Of a stretch of 64,000 nucleotides of DNA, positions 10,714 to 20,259 are shown piece by piece; the first letter of the stretch is position 1, and each line of letters begins with the position of its first letter. Made by a program: the position numbers and the translations under genes. Source of the DNA: a virus; IMG/VR virus record IMGVR_UViG_2849231242_000001, one strand, 5' to 3'. Under the pieces are notes generated by a model. It saw only the letters and a list, made by a program, of their open reading frames with translations, did not search any database and was not told where the DNA came from.

Positions 10714-13374
10714 TCAAACCCTTACTAGTTTCCATTTGATGGTTTCTGGCAAGATTTGACCAGTCCCCGTTGTAGGTGTCCAAGTGAACTTGATATAAAT
10801 TCGATTATCAATGGGGTAGGCATTCAAATTCCCAAGGCCATCCCCTGACACGATTTCAGCTTGAGTAAAGCCATTTATGCCTCCGTTATTGGACTTCCCT
10901 GTAGCAATTGTGGCTGTTGCCATATAGGCGATCGATGGCGCGTCGTACCACCCATCTGGATAGCCTACATTTGTATCGATGTAAACGGTGAACGGAATAT
11001 GCTCTCCCCCCATGTATCCCACCCAGCCTACATTTACCCCAGTGACTCCGCGCGAGATCACATTTGGTTCAGAAATTAACTCTCGGGAGAATTGACCAGA
11101 CCCGTTAGCGCGCAGAACAATGGCCCCGTTGCCGACCGAAAGAAACGGTTCGGCGCCGCTGGCGTTCAAGTTCATGTAACTGGTATTGGCCGTGTTCCTG
11201 AGCAGACCGGCCGTGATAACGCCAAGAGTACCGCTCGACGCGACGAGGTTTCCTGAAAATTCCCCGCTTGCCCCCATCAGCTTCCCCGAAAACTGCCCGC
11301 TGCCAGTGATGGTTAGGCTGGAGCCATCCCATTGCATGTAGTTGCCCATAGGATTGCCCACGCGAAATTTATAGACACCGTCCACCTGCCCCATCCAGAG
11401 CCCGGCGCCGACCGTAAACGACGAGACGCCTTGGGTACGCAAGTATCCGCCGGCATTGATCTCAATCTGCCCCAGGCTGGCGGCCAATGCCGATAAAGTG
11501 CTGAACTTGCCGATCAATGCCGTTACGATATTCGCTTGCATCCGCGTGGCAGCGATATCTCCAGCGGTGATCTTGCCCGCATTGAGGCTGGCGATCTTTG
11601 CATCATCGATGGCCGCATTACCAATTTTAGCGTTGGTAATGGTGCCATTTGCGATGAATCCATCGGCGATGTACACGCCGGCAGGGACGTTAACACCATT
11701 GATCACGCTGGCCGTAGTGCGCACGATAAATGGAGTTGATGGCGCGATTCCATTGCCGCTTGGCCCCGCAACAAAGAAGGTGCTTGCGCGCACCCCGAAA
11801 TCGATTGTAGAGGTGAGGCCGTCGCCACTGCCGATAATGCCAAAGCCGCCGGCAATGCCGTCCACATCAATATTGACCGTGTACTTCGCCTGGACTTTGC
11901 CCAGCGCCGTGACGGAAGCATCGGCCAGCACTTTCACTGCGGCATACTTGGCGACCAACCCAGTGCTGGGGTCGCTGACGATAGCCTGTAACTGCTTGAG
12001 TTCCGTGGCGGTGGCGCTGTCAGCTGTAGCGCGCACGGTTTGCTCGCTGACAATGGCGGCCTTGAGGCCAGCTGCAGTTTCCGCTACCAGCGACTCGATA
12101 CGCTGAGAGACGGCAGTGTCGGCCGTCACTTGCGCGGAATAGGCCACCTGGGAAGCGGCCAGGCTGGTCGCGGTTGCCGCGCTGAGGTACTGGGCCAATT
12201 CCGTCAGGGCGGTGTCCGCGTCTGCGCGGACCTTCTCTTCGCGGGTGATACTGGCAACGTTATCGTTTACCGTGGCTGTCAGACTGTCAATGCGCGTGCC
12301 CAGCGACGTATCGGCGGTAGTGCGTAAGTTTCGTTCCTCGAACAATAATCCGCTGGACAGGCTGGCGACGGCACCGACGGTCGCCGGGTCCGCCACGCCC
12401 AGCACCTTTGACGACAACACCTGTCGGGCGGCCACTTCTGCGCTATCGGCCTTGGTGCGCGCCGTCTCTTCCTTTTGAATAGCGGCGGTAATGTTGTCGG
12501 CCGTTTGCGCTGCCAGCGATTCGATACGGCTCGATAACGCTGAATCGCCCGTGGCAATGACGGTAACGACCTGTTTATAAGCAGCAAGGTTGGTATCACT
12601 CGCTGCTACCAAATACTGGATTTCCTGCGCCAGCGCGTTGTCCGCTTCCTGGCGCAAGGTGCTTTCCTGGCCGATCGCCGTGCCCCGGTCCTTGGCTTCG
12701 GCCAAAAAGGCAGCAATGCGCAAATTTGCTTCCGCTGCAATTGCCTTGTCGCGCGCCGTCGTCTCAGCCAGGATGCGTTGTGCGACACTGCCGGCGGTGC
12801 TTGCCGGCGCAGTGATCAACTCAATCTTATTTCCTAGGTCCGCATACAGCTGCGATTGGGTCACTTGGCCGGTCAACAATGACAGCAAGTAAGCGGGGTC
12901 TGCGCCAGTTTCGCCACGCGTGCCCAGCTGGGCGTTGAAGGGGCCGACAACATTGGCCTGCGACACATAACGAATCCAGTAAAAGCGCACCGCCGCACCG
13001 CCGACGTTGTCGACGTAAATGCGGCCATCGGAGCGCCCTACCATCTGGGCAAGACTGAAATCGTTGGACTGTGCGCGCCAGATTTCAGTATGCGACAGCT
13101 TGTCAAAGTTGGTCGCATCCCATGCCAGGATGATCGTTGCCAGCGCGCCGGACATGTTCAAGCCCGTCGGCTTGGGCGGCGTCGCGCCGAGGTCCGTGCC
13201 GCTGCCCTTCTCTCCGGGCAGTGGTAGGCCCAGGGCGCGCAGGTCCTTCAGTTTCGCTACTTGATGATCGCCAGCAGTAAATGCGTTGAGAATTTCACGC
13301 ATCGGGCGCAAGAGTGCGCTCACCTCGGTTGGAATTTTGGAGGAAATTGCTGGGATGCTGGGCAAATTAGCCAA
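10714..13374 (-). CDS. Tail fiber / host-specificity protein (886 aa)
   Basis: Repetitive coiled-coil modules (AAIQKEETARTKADSAEVAARQ / ASITREEKVRADADTALTELAQ / AAIVSEQTVRATADSATATELKQ). C-terminal beta-rich Gly/Asn/Thr region typical of fiber receptor-binding domains. Followed by a terminator. Confidence 0.75.
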   Translation of the reverse strand: MANLPSIPAISSKIPTEVSALLRPMREILNAFTAGDHQVAKLKDLRALGLPLPGEKGSGTDLGATPPKPTGLNMSGALATIILAWDATNFDKLSHTEIWRAQSNDFSLAQMVGRSDGRIYVDNVGGAAVRFYWIRYVSQANVVGPFNAQLGTRGETGADPAYLLSLLTGQVTQSQLYADLGNKIELITAPASTAGSVAQRILAETTARDKAIAAEANLRIAAFLAEAKDRGTAIGQESTLRQEADNALAQEIQYLVAASDTNLAAYKQVVTVIATGDSALSSRIESLAAQTADNITAAIQKEETARTKADSAEVAARQVLSSKVLGVADPATVGAVASLSSGLLFEERNLRTTADTSLGTRIDSLTATVNDNVASITREEKVRADADTALTELAQYLSAATATSLAASQVAYSAQVTADTAVSQRIESLVAETAAGLKAAIVSEQTVRATADSATATELKQLQAIVSDPSTGLVAKYAAVKVLADASVTALGKVQAKYTVNIDVDGIAGGFGIIGSGDGLTSTIDFGVRASTFFVAGPSGNGIAPSTPFIVRTTASVINGVNVPAGVYIADGFIANGTITNAKIGNAAIDDAKIASLNAGKITAGDIAATRMQANIVTALIGKFSTLSALAASLGQIEINAGGYLRTQGVSSFTVGAGLWMGQVDGVYKFRVGNPMGNYMQWDGSSLTITGSGQFSGKLMGASGEFSGNLVASSGTLGVITAGLLRNTANTSYMNLNASGAEPFLSVGNGAIVLRANGSGQFSRELISEPNVISRGVTGVNVGWVGYMGGEHIPFTVYIDTNVGYPDGWYDAPSIAYMATATIATGKSNNGGINGFTQAEIVSGDGLGNLNAYPIDNRIYIKFTWTPTTGTGQILPETIKWKLVRV

Positions 13375-14962
13375 TTTTCAGCTCCTTGGGACGGTCAGCG
13401 ACTGCGAGAAGGCGAATCCGCTGGGTGCCGATCAGTTCGAGCTCGATCTGGCGCGGACGGTAATCGCCTGGCAGGCGGAATACCTGCTCATCGAGCACTT
13501 GCCGGGAATGGATCATCTCCCCATCGGCATACAGGTTGAAGGTGACGGGATATGTGTCGGCATCGACGCGCGCGCAACCTGGGCCAGGGCTTGCCGCGAA
13601 CTGGAATTTCTTCGACCGCCAGGTGTACGTCAGGTTGGCGCCGGCATTGAATTTCTTGATTTCCCCGCCGATCACCAGGTACAAGGCATCGTTGACCGCA
13701 TCGACATGGCCCGCAGTGACGGTTTCATCGAACATGGTCAGACTGGCATCCTCCAGCGAATTGAGGATGAAGCCGCCGCCGGCATACAAAGCGACATACT
13801 TGCCATCATGGAAATACCCCTCGATGGTTTCAGGGACCAGTGCCTGCCATTCCTCGCGGGTGTACAGCGCCTGCGTGACAACACGCGAGCCACCGACACC
13901 GACATTGACCAGGCCATCGGGCGAGGCATACATCACGCCGCCGCCGATCGACACGATCGAGCGCTTGGAGACGCACGCCTGGTCGAGCTCGATGCGCTCC
14001 ATCGACATGCTGTCCGGATGCACGCCTGTCACCAGATAAGGGGAACCCTTGGTGCACACCAGGATGCTCGACCCGAAGACGCCCAGCCCGACGATCGGAT
14101 AATCGGCCGTCAGGCGGTACTTTTCGGGCCATGCATAGGGCAAGTTCGGTTCGCAAAAGTACAGATCGTGGCCCGAAAATCCCGCCATGATGCCGTTGGG
14201 CAAACCCACCAAACCCGTCAGCGTCGCCGGCGGCAGGGCATACGACAGGGTCGATAGCGGCTCGCCCAGCTCCGTGGGCAATAGCTTGTCCTCGAAAGTG
14301 GTGCTGGCATCGGCAATTTCCGTCACGAATTCGTAGACGGCCGATCCGCTGGCCGTTTGCTGGCTGCGATAGATACGCTTGGCAGCGATGTTGTAGTTGC
14401 CCGTCGGCGCTGTCGCCAGCAGGCCGAGTTTGACGGAGCCACCTTCCGTGACCGTTACCTTGGTGGGGGGGGAAGGCGCGCCCTCTTCCCCCCAGGCCGA
14501 GACGTAGGTATAGATGTAGACGCGGGTTTCCGCCGGCGCGGTCGAGGTACTGGCGACACAGGTTGGCGCCTGCAAGGGCGCCGGCACACCAAGGGCATAG
14601 GCATTGACGGGGTAGCTTGTGCCTCCCTGCGTTGCCATTTGCAAATTGGTCACTTTCGGCACGCCGTCGCCAGTATAGTAGGTGCGCTCGGTGGTGTCGC
14701 CCGCCACTATCCCGCGCGCCACGTCCACGTCGGTGGTCCACGTCAGCCAGTACTGGGTTTCTGGCAGGGACATGCCCATGCGGTAGATACTCTTGATCGC
14801 CTGCGCCAGCGGCACGGGTGTGACTACCGTTCTGGCGCTTTTCAACGAGCGCAAGTCGCCATGCCAGAGTGTGCAGTTGCGCGCGACCTGGGCGGCCGCG
14901 TTGGGAAGCATGGCGGCGTTCTGGCGCGGCATCATGCCGCCAAAATTGGAAATGGAAATCAT
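13367..14962 (-). CDS. Phage tail/structural protein (531 aa)
   Basis: Long ORF with coding GC3, located between the lysis cassette and the tail fiber. Overlaps the fiber start by 8 nt. Confidence 0.5.
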   Translation of the reverse strand: MISISNFGGMMPRQNAAMLPNAAAQVARNCTLWHGDLRSLKSARTVVTPVPLAQAIKSIYRMGMSLPETQYWLTWTTDVDVARGIVAGDTTERTYYTGDGVPKVTNLQMATQGGTSYPVNAYALGVPAPLQAPTCVASTSTAPAETRVYIYTYVSAWGEEGAPSPPTKVTVTEGGSVKLGLLATAPTGNYNIAAKRIYRSQQTASGSAVYEFVTEIADASTTFEDKLLPTELGEPLSTLSYALPPATLTGLVGLPNGIMAGFSGHDLYFCEPNLPYAWPEKYRLTADYPIVGLGVFGSSILVCTKGSPYLVTGVHPDSMSMERIELDQACVSKRSIVSIGGGVMYASPDGLVNVGVGGSRVVTQALYTREEWQALVPETIEGYFHDGKYVALYAGGGFILNSLEDASLTMFDETVTAGHVDAVNDALYLVIGGEIKKFNAGANLTYTWRSKKFQFAASPGPGCARVDADTYPVTFNLYADGEMIHSRQVLDEQVFRLPGDYRPRQIELELIGTQRIRLLAVADRPKELKIG

Positions 14963-15022
14963 GTGGTCCTGAAATAAAGAGAGCCCGCATATAGCGGGCT
15001 CTCGGGGTGGTGCTGGCAGTGA

Positions 15023-15511
15023 CTACGGGTTGACCGTGCGCCTCACGGCGTCGTACTTGGCAATGCAGGCGTTGAGATCCCGCACCGCGTCGTCTCCGTC
15101 AGCGGCGATGTCGATAAGCTCGATAGCAGCCTCTGGCATAAGTTCGGAGCGCGTTTCGATATACCCAGTGCCGGGATCTGGGCTGGCGGCGCCTGCACGA
15201 AGCGCACGGGTGGCGATTGACAGGCTGACAGCGCCGCTGCGCACGTCAGCGCGCAGAGTATCGATGGTAGTTTTTGCATCATGAATCTCTTGTAGGTGTA
15301 CCGCGTCAACGGCCTGGTGCTGCGCGGTCAGCTGCGCTGTGTCCTGCTTCGCCTTGGAGGTGGCCAGGTGTAGCTGCTCCCGTGCCAGGCCATCGGCTGC
15401 GTTCAGGCGCTCGGCGCAACTGCGCTGCGCCTCCCACTCCCCGACAAAGAAGGCCAGCGTGACCAGCAGCAGGCCTGCCAGCCATGGGCGCACATCGATC
15501 GCGCTCATCAT
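15023..15511 (-). CDS. Rz: Rz-like i-spanin (inner-membrane spanin subunit)
   Basis: Start ATGATGA overlaps the endolysin stop. N-terminal TM (WLAGLLLVTLAFFVG), then Gln/Ala-rich coiled coil. Contains the embedded +1-frame lipoprotein ORF. Confidence 0.7.
   Translation of the reverse strand: MMSAIDVRPWLAGLLLVTLAFFVGEWEAQRSCAERLNAADGLAREQLHLATSKAKQDTAQLTAQHQAVDAVHLQEIHDAKTTIDTLRADVRSGAVSLSIATRALRAGAASPDPGTGYIETRSELMPEAAIELIDIAADGDDAVRDLNACIAKYDAVRRTVNP
15043..15279 (-). CDS. Rz1: Rz1-like o-spanin (outer-membrane lipoprotein) embedded in Rz
   Basis: MQKLPSILCALTCAAALSAC lipobox (LSAC) followed by a Pro-rich mature peptide. Entirely inside Rz in another frame. Confidence 0.65.
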   Translation of the reverse strand: MQKLPSILCALTCAAALSACQSPPVRFVQAPPAQIPALGISKRAPNLCQRLLSSLSTSPLTETTRCGISTPALPSTTP

Positions 15512-16026
15512 GCAAGCACCCGCTGCGCCACTTCGAACAGACCAAGGCGCGCCGCCAGGCCGTTCGAGCCGCCGTTGATGCGCTGCGAAACTTTCACCTG
15601 GTTGCCCGTGTCCGCCAGCGCATTTAAGCCGCGCATCTGCCAGAACCAGCCGGCCGAACGGCAGGCAAGCACGACTTGCTCCAGCAGCTCGGGCTTGGCC
15701 AGCAGATCCAGACCAAGCGCCTTGCCGCATGCTGTGTAGTTGGCGCGGCCCGTCACTTGCAGCAGGCCGCGCCCCTTGAAGCGCACGCCGTCACCTGGTT
15801 GTGTATTGCCCAGGTCTGCGCGCCCTTCATAGGCCTGGCCGCTGGCCAGCTCCCGCACATAGAGCAGCTGCCCCGATTCATGACCCACTTGGGCCAGAAA
15901 TGAGGCTTGCCGCGCCGGGGTGTTGATGCCGAATTCCAGCATTGCTGCGTTCAGCGGTTGAAGGAAGACGGACGCGCGGGAGCGCGCATACGGCATGATT
16001 TGAACCAATTGTGCGAGCGTCATCAT
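15508..16026 (-). CDS. Endolysin, glycoside hydrolase family 19 (chitinase-like lysozyme)
   Basis: AQVGHESGQLLYVRE...RFKGRGLLQVTGRANY motifs typical of GH19 phage endolysins. Start taken at MMTLAQ (16026); the upstream part of ORF 15508..16167 looks non-coding. Confidence 0.75.
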   Translation of the reverse strand: MMTLAQLVQIMPYARSRASVFLQPLNAAMLEFGINTPARQASFLAQVGHESGQLLYVRELASGQAYEGRADLGNTQPGDGVRFKGRGLLQVTGRANYTACGKALGLDLLAKPELLEQVVLACRSAGWFWQMRGLNALADTGNQVKVSQRINGGSNGLAARLGLFEVAQRVLA

Positions 16027-16156
16027 AAGAAATTCACCAAAGCGAGAATGCCAATGAAGGAAAGCGTGGCCGTGCCGACGGTGCGCGTTTGCAGCCGGGG
16101 GTTGAGCACACAGAAAAGACAGCCGAGCAGCACGGCAAACGACAGCACTTTGATCG

Positions 16157-16504
16157 TCATTTATCACTCCCCAGGTAACGGCGCTTCAATGCGCCGATCA
16201 GGTCGGCCGAATTGATTTCCGTGAACACCTCGCGGCAGGTGGCCAGTGCGAAGAGCCCTACCAGGAACTCCACGCCGGAATGCACGCGGTCGCCGCCGAT
16301 GCTGAAGAAGTCGATCAGCGCCGGCGCGATGTAGATGGCGCAGGCAAAACCGATGAGGAAGGAGACAAATTTCTGTGATGCGCTCAAGCTGTCTCCTAGA
16401 AACTTGAGCGACACGGCGGCGCCGGCGGCGCCTGGAAGGGACGCCAGGGCGATTTTGAGCAGCGTGGCGGTAAGCGCGGCGAAGGTTGAGACTGGTTCTG
16501 CCAT
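16157..16504 (-). CDS. Putative holin (3 predicted TM helices, basic C-terminus)
   Basis: Start at MAEPVSTFAALTATLL. Hydrophobic helices. C-terminal KRRYLGSDK. Immediately upstream of the endolysin. Confidence 0.5.
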   Translation of the reverse strand: MAEPVSTFAALTATLLKIALASLPGAAGAAVSLKFLGDSLSASQKFVSFLIGFACAIYIAPALIDFFSIGGDRVHSGVEFLVGLFALATCREVFTEINSADLIGALKRRYLGSDK

Positions 16505-16690
16505 GAAGGCTCCTAAAATGGAAAACCCGCCGTAGCGGGTTCTTGTGAGGCTGTCCACGGCGTGATGGGCCGTGTTATGTGGCGCGACGGTCGGTGACGA
16601 CCATGCGGCGCGGTATGCACCGCAGACGCGGACCCTTGCCGCGCGCGCTACCCACCTGGCAAGCTCTCAGCCATGTATTTGGCCAGCTGC

Positions 16691-17005
16691 TCATCCTTTG
16701 GCGCGCTCCCATCCGACACGGATTACGCCGACGTTGTTATAAATGACCCATACATACAGGGCAATGAGGCCTGCAAGCGCCCAGTGGGGAATGCCTTGCT
16801 CCAGCACTGCCAGGTACAGAGCAACGAGCATGGCCGCCTTCGGCAGCAGCAGACCCGGCGCCAGGCCAAACTGGCGAATCAACCAGGCCATGAGCGGGTT
16901 TGCCTCCCGCCCGATCTGACGGGAAATGATGTAGTAGGTAGTGGCGACGTCCGCCAGCTGCAGCACGAACAGCGCGGTGAAGAGAAATGCCTGAATGTGG
17001 CTCAT
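16691..17005 (-). CDS. Small integral membrane protein (possible second holin/antiholin)
   Basis: 104 aa, 3-4 hydrophobic helices, adjacent to the lysis cassette. Confidence 0.4.
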   Translation of the reverse strand: MSHIQAFLFTALFVLQLADVATTYYIISRQIGREANPLMAWLIRQFGLAPGLLLPKAAMLVALYLAVLEQGIPHWALAGLIALYVWVIYNNVGVIRVGWERAKG

Positions 17006-17125
17006 GCTGGCACCTCATACGCCATCGATAGCAGGCTGGGACCGGCCGCCAGTGCGGCAAAGCCCAGAGCGCGGCGCGCTAGGGCGTGTTTAACTTTTCT
17101 AGGTAAATTCATGAAGATCCTTTCA

Positions 17126-17719
17126 TTATCGGAAGCGGCGGTGCTGAACGCGTGGGCTGTTTGCTGCCCGGCCGTGCTGCGTTTCAATCGCAGCGGTGCC
17201 GCATGCGCGGTTGAATTCCTGCTGGAAGGTGAGCCCCAGTACGGGATTTGACCAGGATTGCCCTGGCATGCACATCAGGCGGAACTTGGCGCCGGCCGCA
17301 ATCCCGTTCAGGAACCGCTCGACCAGGAAGTCGGGAAGATCACTGGTGGGCTGGCCGGCCGTGATGCGCGTGGGCACCATGCAAACAGTCGCGGTAAAGC
17401 CAGCCGCCTGTGCGGCCAGCTGCGGCTCGCGGAAGCTGAGCGTGTTCCAGTCGCCCGCGACGTCATAGGCGCTCTCAGGCAAGGCACTTGCAGCGGAACG
17501 CCACACTTCCTTGACCAGCATGACCCGCGCACCTGCCGGCAAGACCGGCGCGAACAGTCCGCCGTCCATGGCGGCCAGTGGCACATTGGCGGTCCAGACG
17601 CCGCTACGCTCACACAGTTCGATGGCCGCTTCAAGCAGATTCATGCGAATCGTGCTGTCCGGACAGCCCACGACAAACGGCACCACGTAGGGCGAAAAGA
17701 TTTCGAGGGAAATGGCCAT
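17126..17719 (-). CDS. Hypothetical phage structural protein (197 aa)
   Basis: ORF with coding GC3 in the head-tail joining region. Confidence 0.45.
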   Translation of the reverse strand: MAISLEIFSPYVVPFVVGCPDSTIRMNLLEAAIELCERSGVWTANVPLAAMDGGLFAPVLPAGARVMLVKEVWRSAASALPESAYDVAGDWNTLSFREPQLAAQAAGFTATVCMVPTRITAGQPTSDLPDFLVERFLNGIAAGAKFRLMCMPGQSWSNPVLGLTFQQEFNRACGTAAIETQHGRAANSPRVQHRRFR

Positions 17720-17722
17720 GGG

Positions 17723-18517
17723 TTAGTGCGCCGCCGCTGGAATCTGTGCCTGGGTGGCAAACGGCAAGGCGGCCAGATTCGGGTTGTTGCCGGTCAAAGC
17801 CTGCACCTGGGCATTAAGCGAACTGGTGAACATGCCGGAATAGGCAGACGCATTGGATTGGGAAGATGCAAAGTCGGCATCCTTCATGTAAGCGCGCGCC
17901 AGGACGTAATTCACCAGGTCATCGATGTATTTGTCATCGACGGAAATCACAGCTGGATTGACGCTGTCAACTCCGTACAGCGGCGCCGCCTTGGTTCCCG
18001 TGTTCGGAATCTCGGCTGGATTGGCCAGATACGACACTTCTACCCAAGTTGGCGTGTCATTGACGGCGGGCGTGACATAAAAAATCTTGGGTGCGCGCGG
18101 GTCGAATACGAATTGCTCAACCCGCCCGGCGCCCGTAATGGTGTGCCAGTCAGGATTCTGACTGTCGAGCACTTCACGCGATACAACGCGCACCGCACGA
18201 CCAGGGGTCAGGCCATCCGCCCCCATATTGCGCACCACGTCGTTGAGATAGTTCCCGTACACGGCAGTGGCAGGCGAGCCATCGCCCGGCAAGAGGTTGC
18301 CGGCGCCCAGCAGTTCGATGGATTGCTTGGTGCCAGGCTTGAGCTTGATCGCATCCACACGGGAGCACGATGCCGGCAAATACTTGGCAATGGCACGCTG
18401 ACCATCGTTGAGCCAGGTCACAAGCTCCTTTTCATTCCAGCGAGTGAACTGCGGAGCCATGTCCTGCAGCTGCGTTGACACGCGAAAGAGCGCGTCGACT
18501 ACTTTAGTTGAAGGCAT
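17723..18517 (-). CDS. Hypothetical phage structural protein (264 aa; head completion/adaptor position)
   Basis: ORF directly downstream of the coat-distal small gene, in the same strand and operon. Confidence 0.45.
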   Translation of the reverse strand: MPSTKVVDALFRVSTQLQDMAPQFTRWNEKELVTWLNDGQRAIAKYLPASCSRVDAIKLKPGTKQSIELLGAGNLLPGDGSPATAVYGNYLNDVVRNMGADGLTPGRAVRVVSREVLDSQNPDWHTITGAGRVEQFVFDPRAPKIFYVTPAVNDTPTWVEVSYLANPAEIPNTGTKAAPLYGVDSVNPAVISVDDKYIDDLVNYVLARAYMKDADFASSQSNASAYSGMFTSSLNAQVQALTGNNPNLAALPFATQAQIPAAAH

Positions 18518-18573
18518 TACGCTCTCCGGTGAATGGGTGGCCCGACTATGGGTATCGAGGTGTGGTGCTGGCC

Positions 18574-18939
18574 TTATGCCGCGCCGTGCACGTTGAAGTT
18601 AAAGCGGCGCAAGGAACGCTTCTTCATTTCGCCATTGGGCAGCGATTCGTGGATGTCCTGTACGCAGTTTTCGAGGGCGTGCAGGACTTCGACCGGAATG
18701 CTGGAGCGCACGTCGCGCGGAATCTGATAACCGACGCCATTGACGCTGACGAAAACGGCTTCGCGGCCCATCTCGCCTTCCTGCTCGTAAATGGTGATGC
18801 TCACTTTGTCGCCGCTCAGCGCGTCATCGTGCGCACTGCCTGTCACTGCCGTCGAGACTGCCTCTGCCTGGTCGAAGCCGCCCAGATCATCGAGTGTCGA
18901 TACTTGGGAGGTGCTGCTTTTTTTGGTGTTCGCGTTCAT
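18574..18939 (-). CDS. Hypothetical protein (121 aa) downstream of coat gene
   Basis: Start at MNANTKK (ATG 18937-18939). Preceded by a hairpin terminator/attenuator. Confidence 0.4.
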   Translation of the reverse strand: MNANTKKSSTSQVSTLDDLGGFDQAEAVSTAVTGSAHDDALSGDKVSITIYEQEGEMGREAVFVSVNGVGYQIPRDVRSSIPVEVLHALENCVQDIHESLPNGEMKKRSLRRFNFNVHGAA

Positions 18940-18968
18940 GCGTCTACTCCATAAATTCGGATGAAATG

Positions 18969-18993
18969 AAAAAGGCCCGCAACCATGCGGGCC
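18969..18993 (-). terminator. Hairpin plus T-run just after the major capsid gene (attenuator/terminator, minus strand)
   Basis: GGCCCGC-aaccat-GCGGGCC (18974-18993) followed on the minus strand by TTTTTCATTTCAT. Confidence 0.5.
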
Positions 18994-19016
18994 TTTCAAG
19001 GGGCGTACTGACGCCG

Positions 19017-19994
19017 TTATGCCGTTGCGCTAACTTCCACGCGCACCATCCACGCATCGTTCAGGATCACAGCCGTCTGCATGCTCTTCCACGCGGCGTG
19101 GCCGCGCTGGCCCAGCGGGTCAGAATCGCTAGGCTTCGGGTTGACGACCATCGGCGTCACCGCGTACATGCCTTTCAAGGCCACGATGCCATAGGCATTC
19201 GCTGCCAGGTACAGCACGGGGTACACATCGGCTTTGACGCCGCTGGCCGACAGCATGGCGCCCTTGTCGCCACCGGCGTCCGGGAAGGAATCGAAGATGG
19301 TCGACGTCAGATAGCGCACGTCTTCCACCTTGCCCAATTCATTCTCGAACGGCGTCATCGCGCCATATTTCTCAGCCGGCACGAAACCTGGCATGCCACG
19401 GATATCGCTTTCCAGGTCCGGGTGGGTCAGGCCGATGAAGCCAGGGGCAACAGCTTCCGTACCGAATGCCGGCGTGGACTTGACCACCGTGGTGATCGCG
19501 CGACCGTTCTGACGCTTCAGGGCGCGCGTCGCTTTACGCTGCACGGCAATGCTCAGCGCAGTATTGACCGCGCTACGCATGGCGCCGTTGCCGTACACGA
19601 CGTTGGTGCCCGCTTTCAGTACGCCGAAACGCATTTTCTCGATCATCTGCGCGGCCTGCTCACCCAGCAGGGTGATCGACTCGTTCAGCACCGGGTCTTC
19701 ATGGGTATCGAGGATCACATCGGTGATTTGGATACGGCTACCGTACTGCGTCAGGGTGGCAGTGACGTCGGTGATGGTCAGTTGCTGCGACGCAGGGGTG
19801 ATACCTTCGGCCAGCGCGGTCGGCGTGGCGTCCAGCGCGTTGTAACGACGGAACTTCATGGTCTTGCTCGAATTGCCCGGCAAGGGTTTCGACTGGCCGA
19901 ACTTCTCCAGGATCATGAATGGGATACCGCGCTTGAGCAGTTCTTTGGCCGCAAATGCTGCGGTACGTGGTTGAATATCGCCGAAAACGGACAT
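19017..19994 (-). CDS. Major capsid protein (HK97-fold, ~325 aa)
   Basis: Start at MSVFGDIQPRTAAF with GAGGAAA SD. Lies between the scaffold and downstream head genes. Typical size and composition of an HK97-like coat protein. Confidence 0.75.
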   Translation of the reverse strand: MSVFGDIQPRTAAFAAKELLKRGIPFMILEKFGQSKPLPGNSSKTMKFRRYNALDATPTALAEGITPASQQLTITDVTATLTQYGSRIQITDVILDTHEDPVLNESITLLGEQAAQMIEKMRFGVLKAGTNVVYGNGAMRSAVNTALSIAVQRKATRALKRQNGRAITTVVKSTPAFGTEAVAPGFIGLTHPDLESDIRGMPGFVPAEKYGAMTPFENELGKVEDVRYLTSTIFDSFPDAGGDKGAMLSASGVKADVYPVLYLAANAYGIVALKGMYAVTPMVVNPKPSDSDPLGQRGHAAWKSMQTAVILNDAWMVRVEVSATA

Positions 19995-20259
19995 TGAGAT
20001 TTCCTCTAAAATGGGTGCAAAATCGAATAGAAAAGTTGGGTACACAGTCGATTCAGCGCGGGAGCGGGGGCCAGCCGGCCTGTCCGTTCACACCATGAAA
20101 TTCGGAAACCAGTCGTATGCAGACGTGACCCATCAGCACGGCGCCATGGGCGGCCGCGCGATGAATGGTGTTTGCGCTATGGTTGCGTTCCTGTGAGCCC
20201 CGTCGATGACGCCGACGGGTTGACGACCTGCGAGCCTGCGCAGGTGCAGCTACTGCGGT

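Noticed and set aside
20204-20224. Hairpin CCCGTCG-atgacg-CCGACGGG between the scaffold and coat genes
   Set aside because: No U-run follows on either strand. It may be an RNA stability element but is not a convincing terminator.
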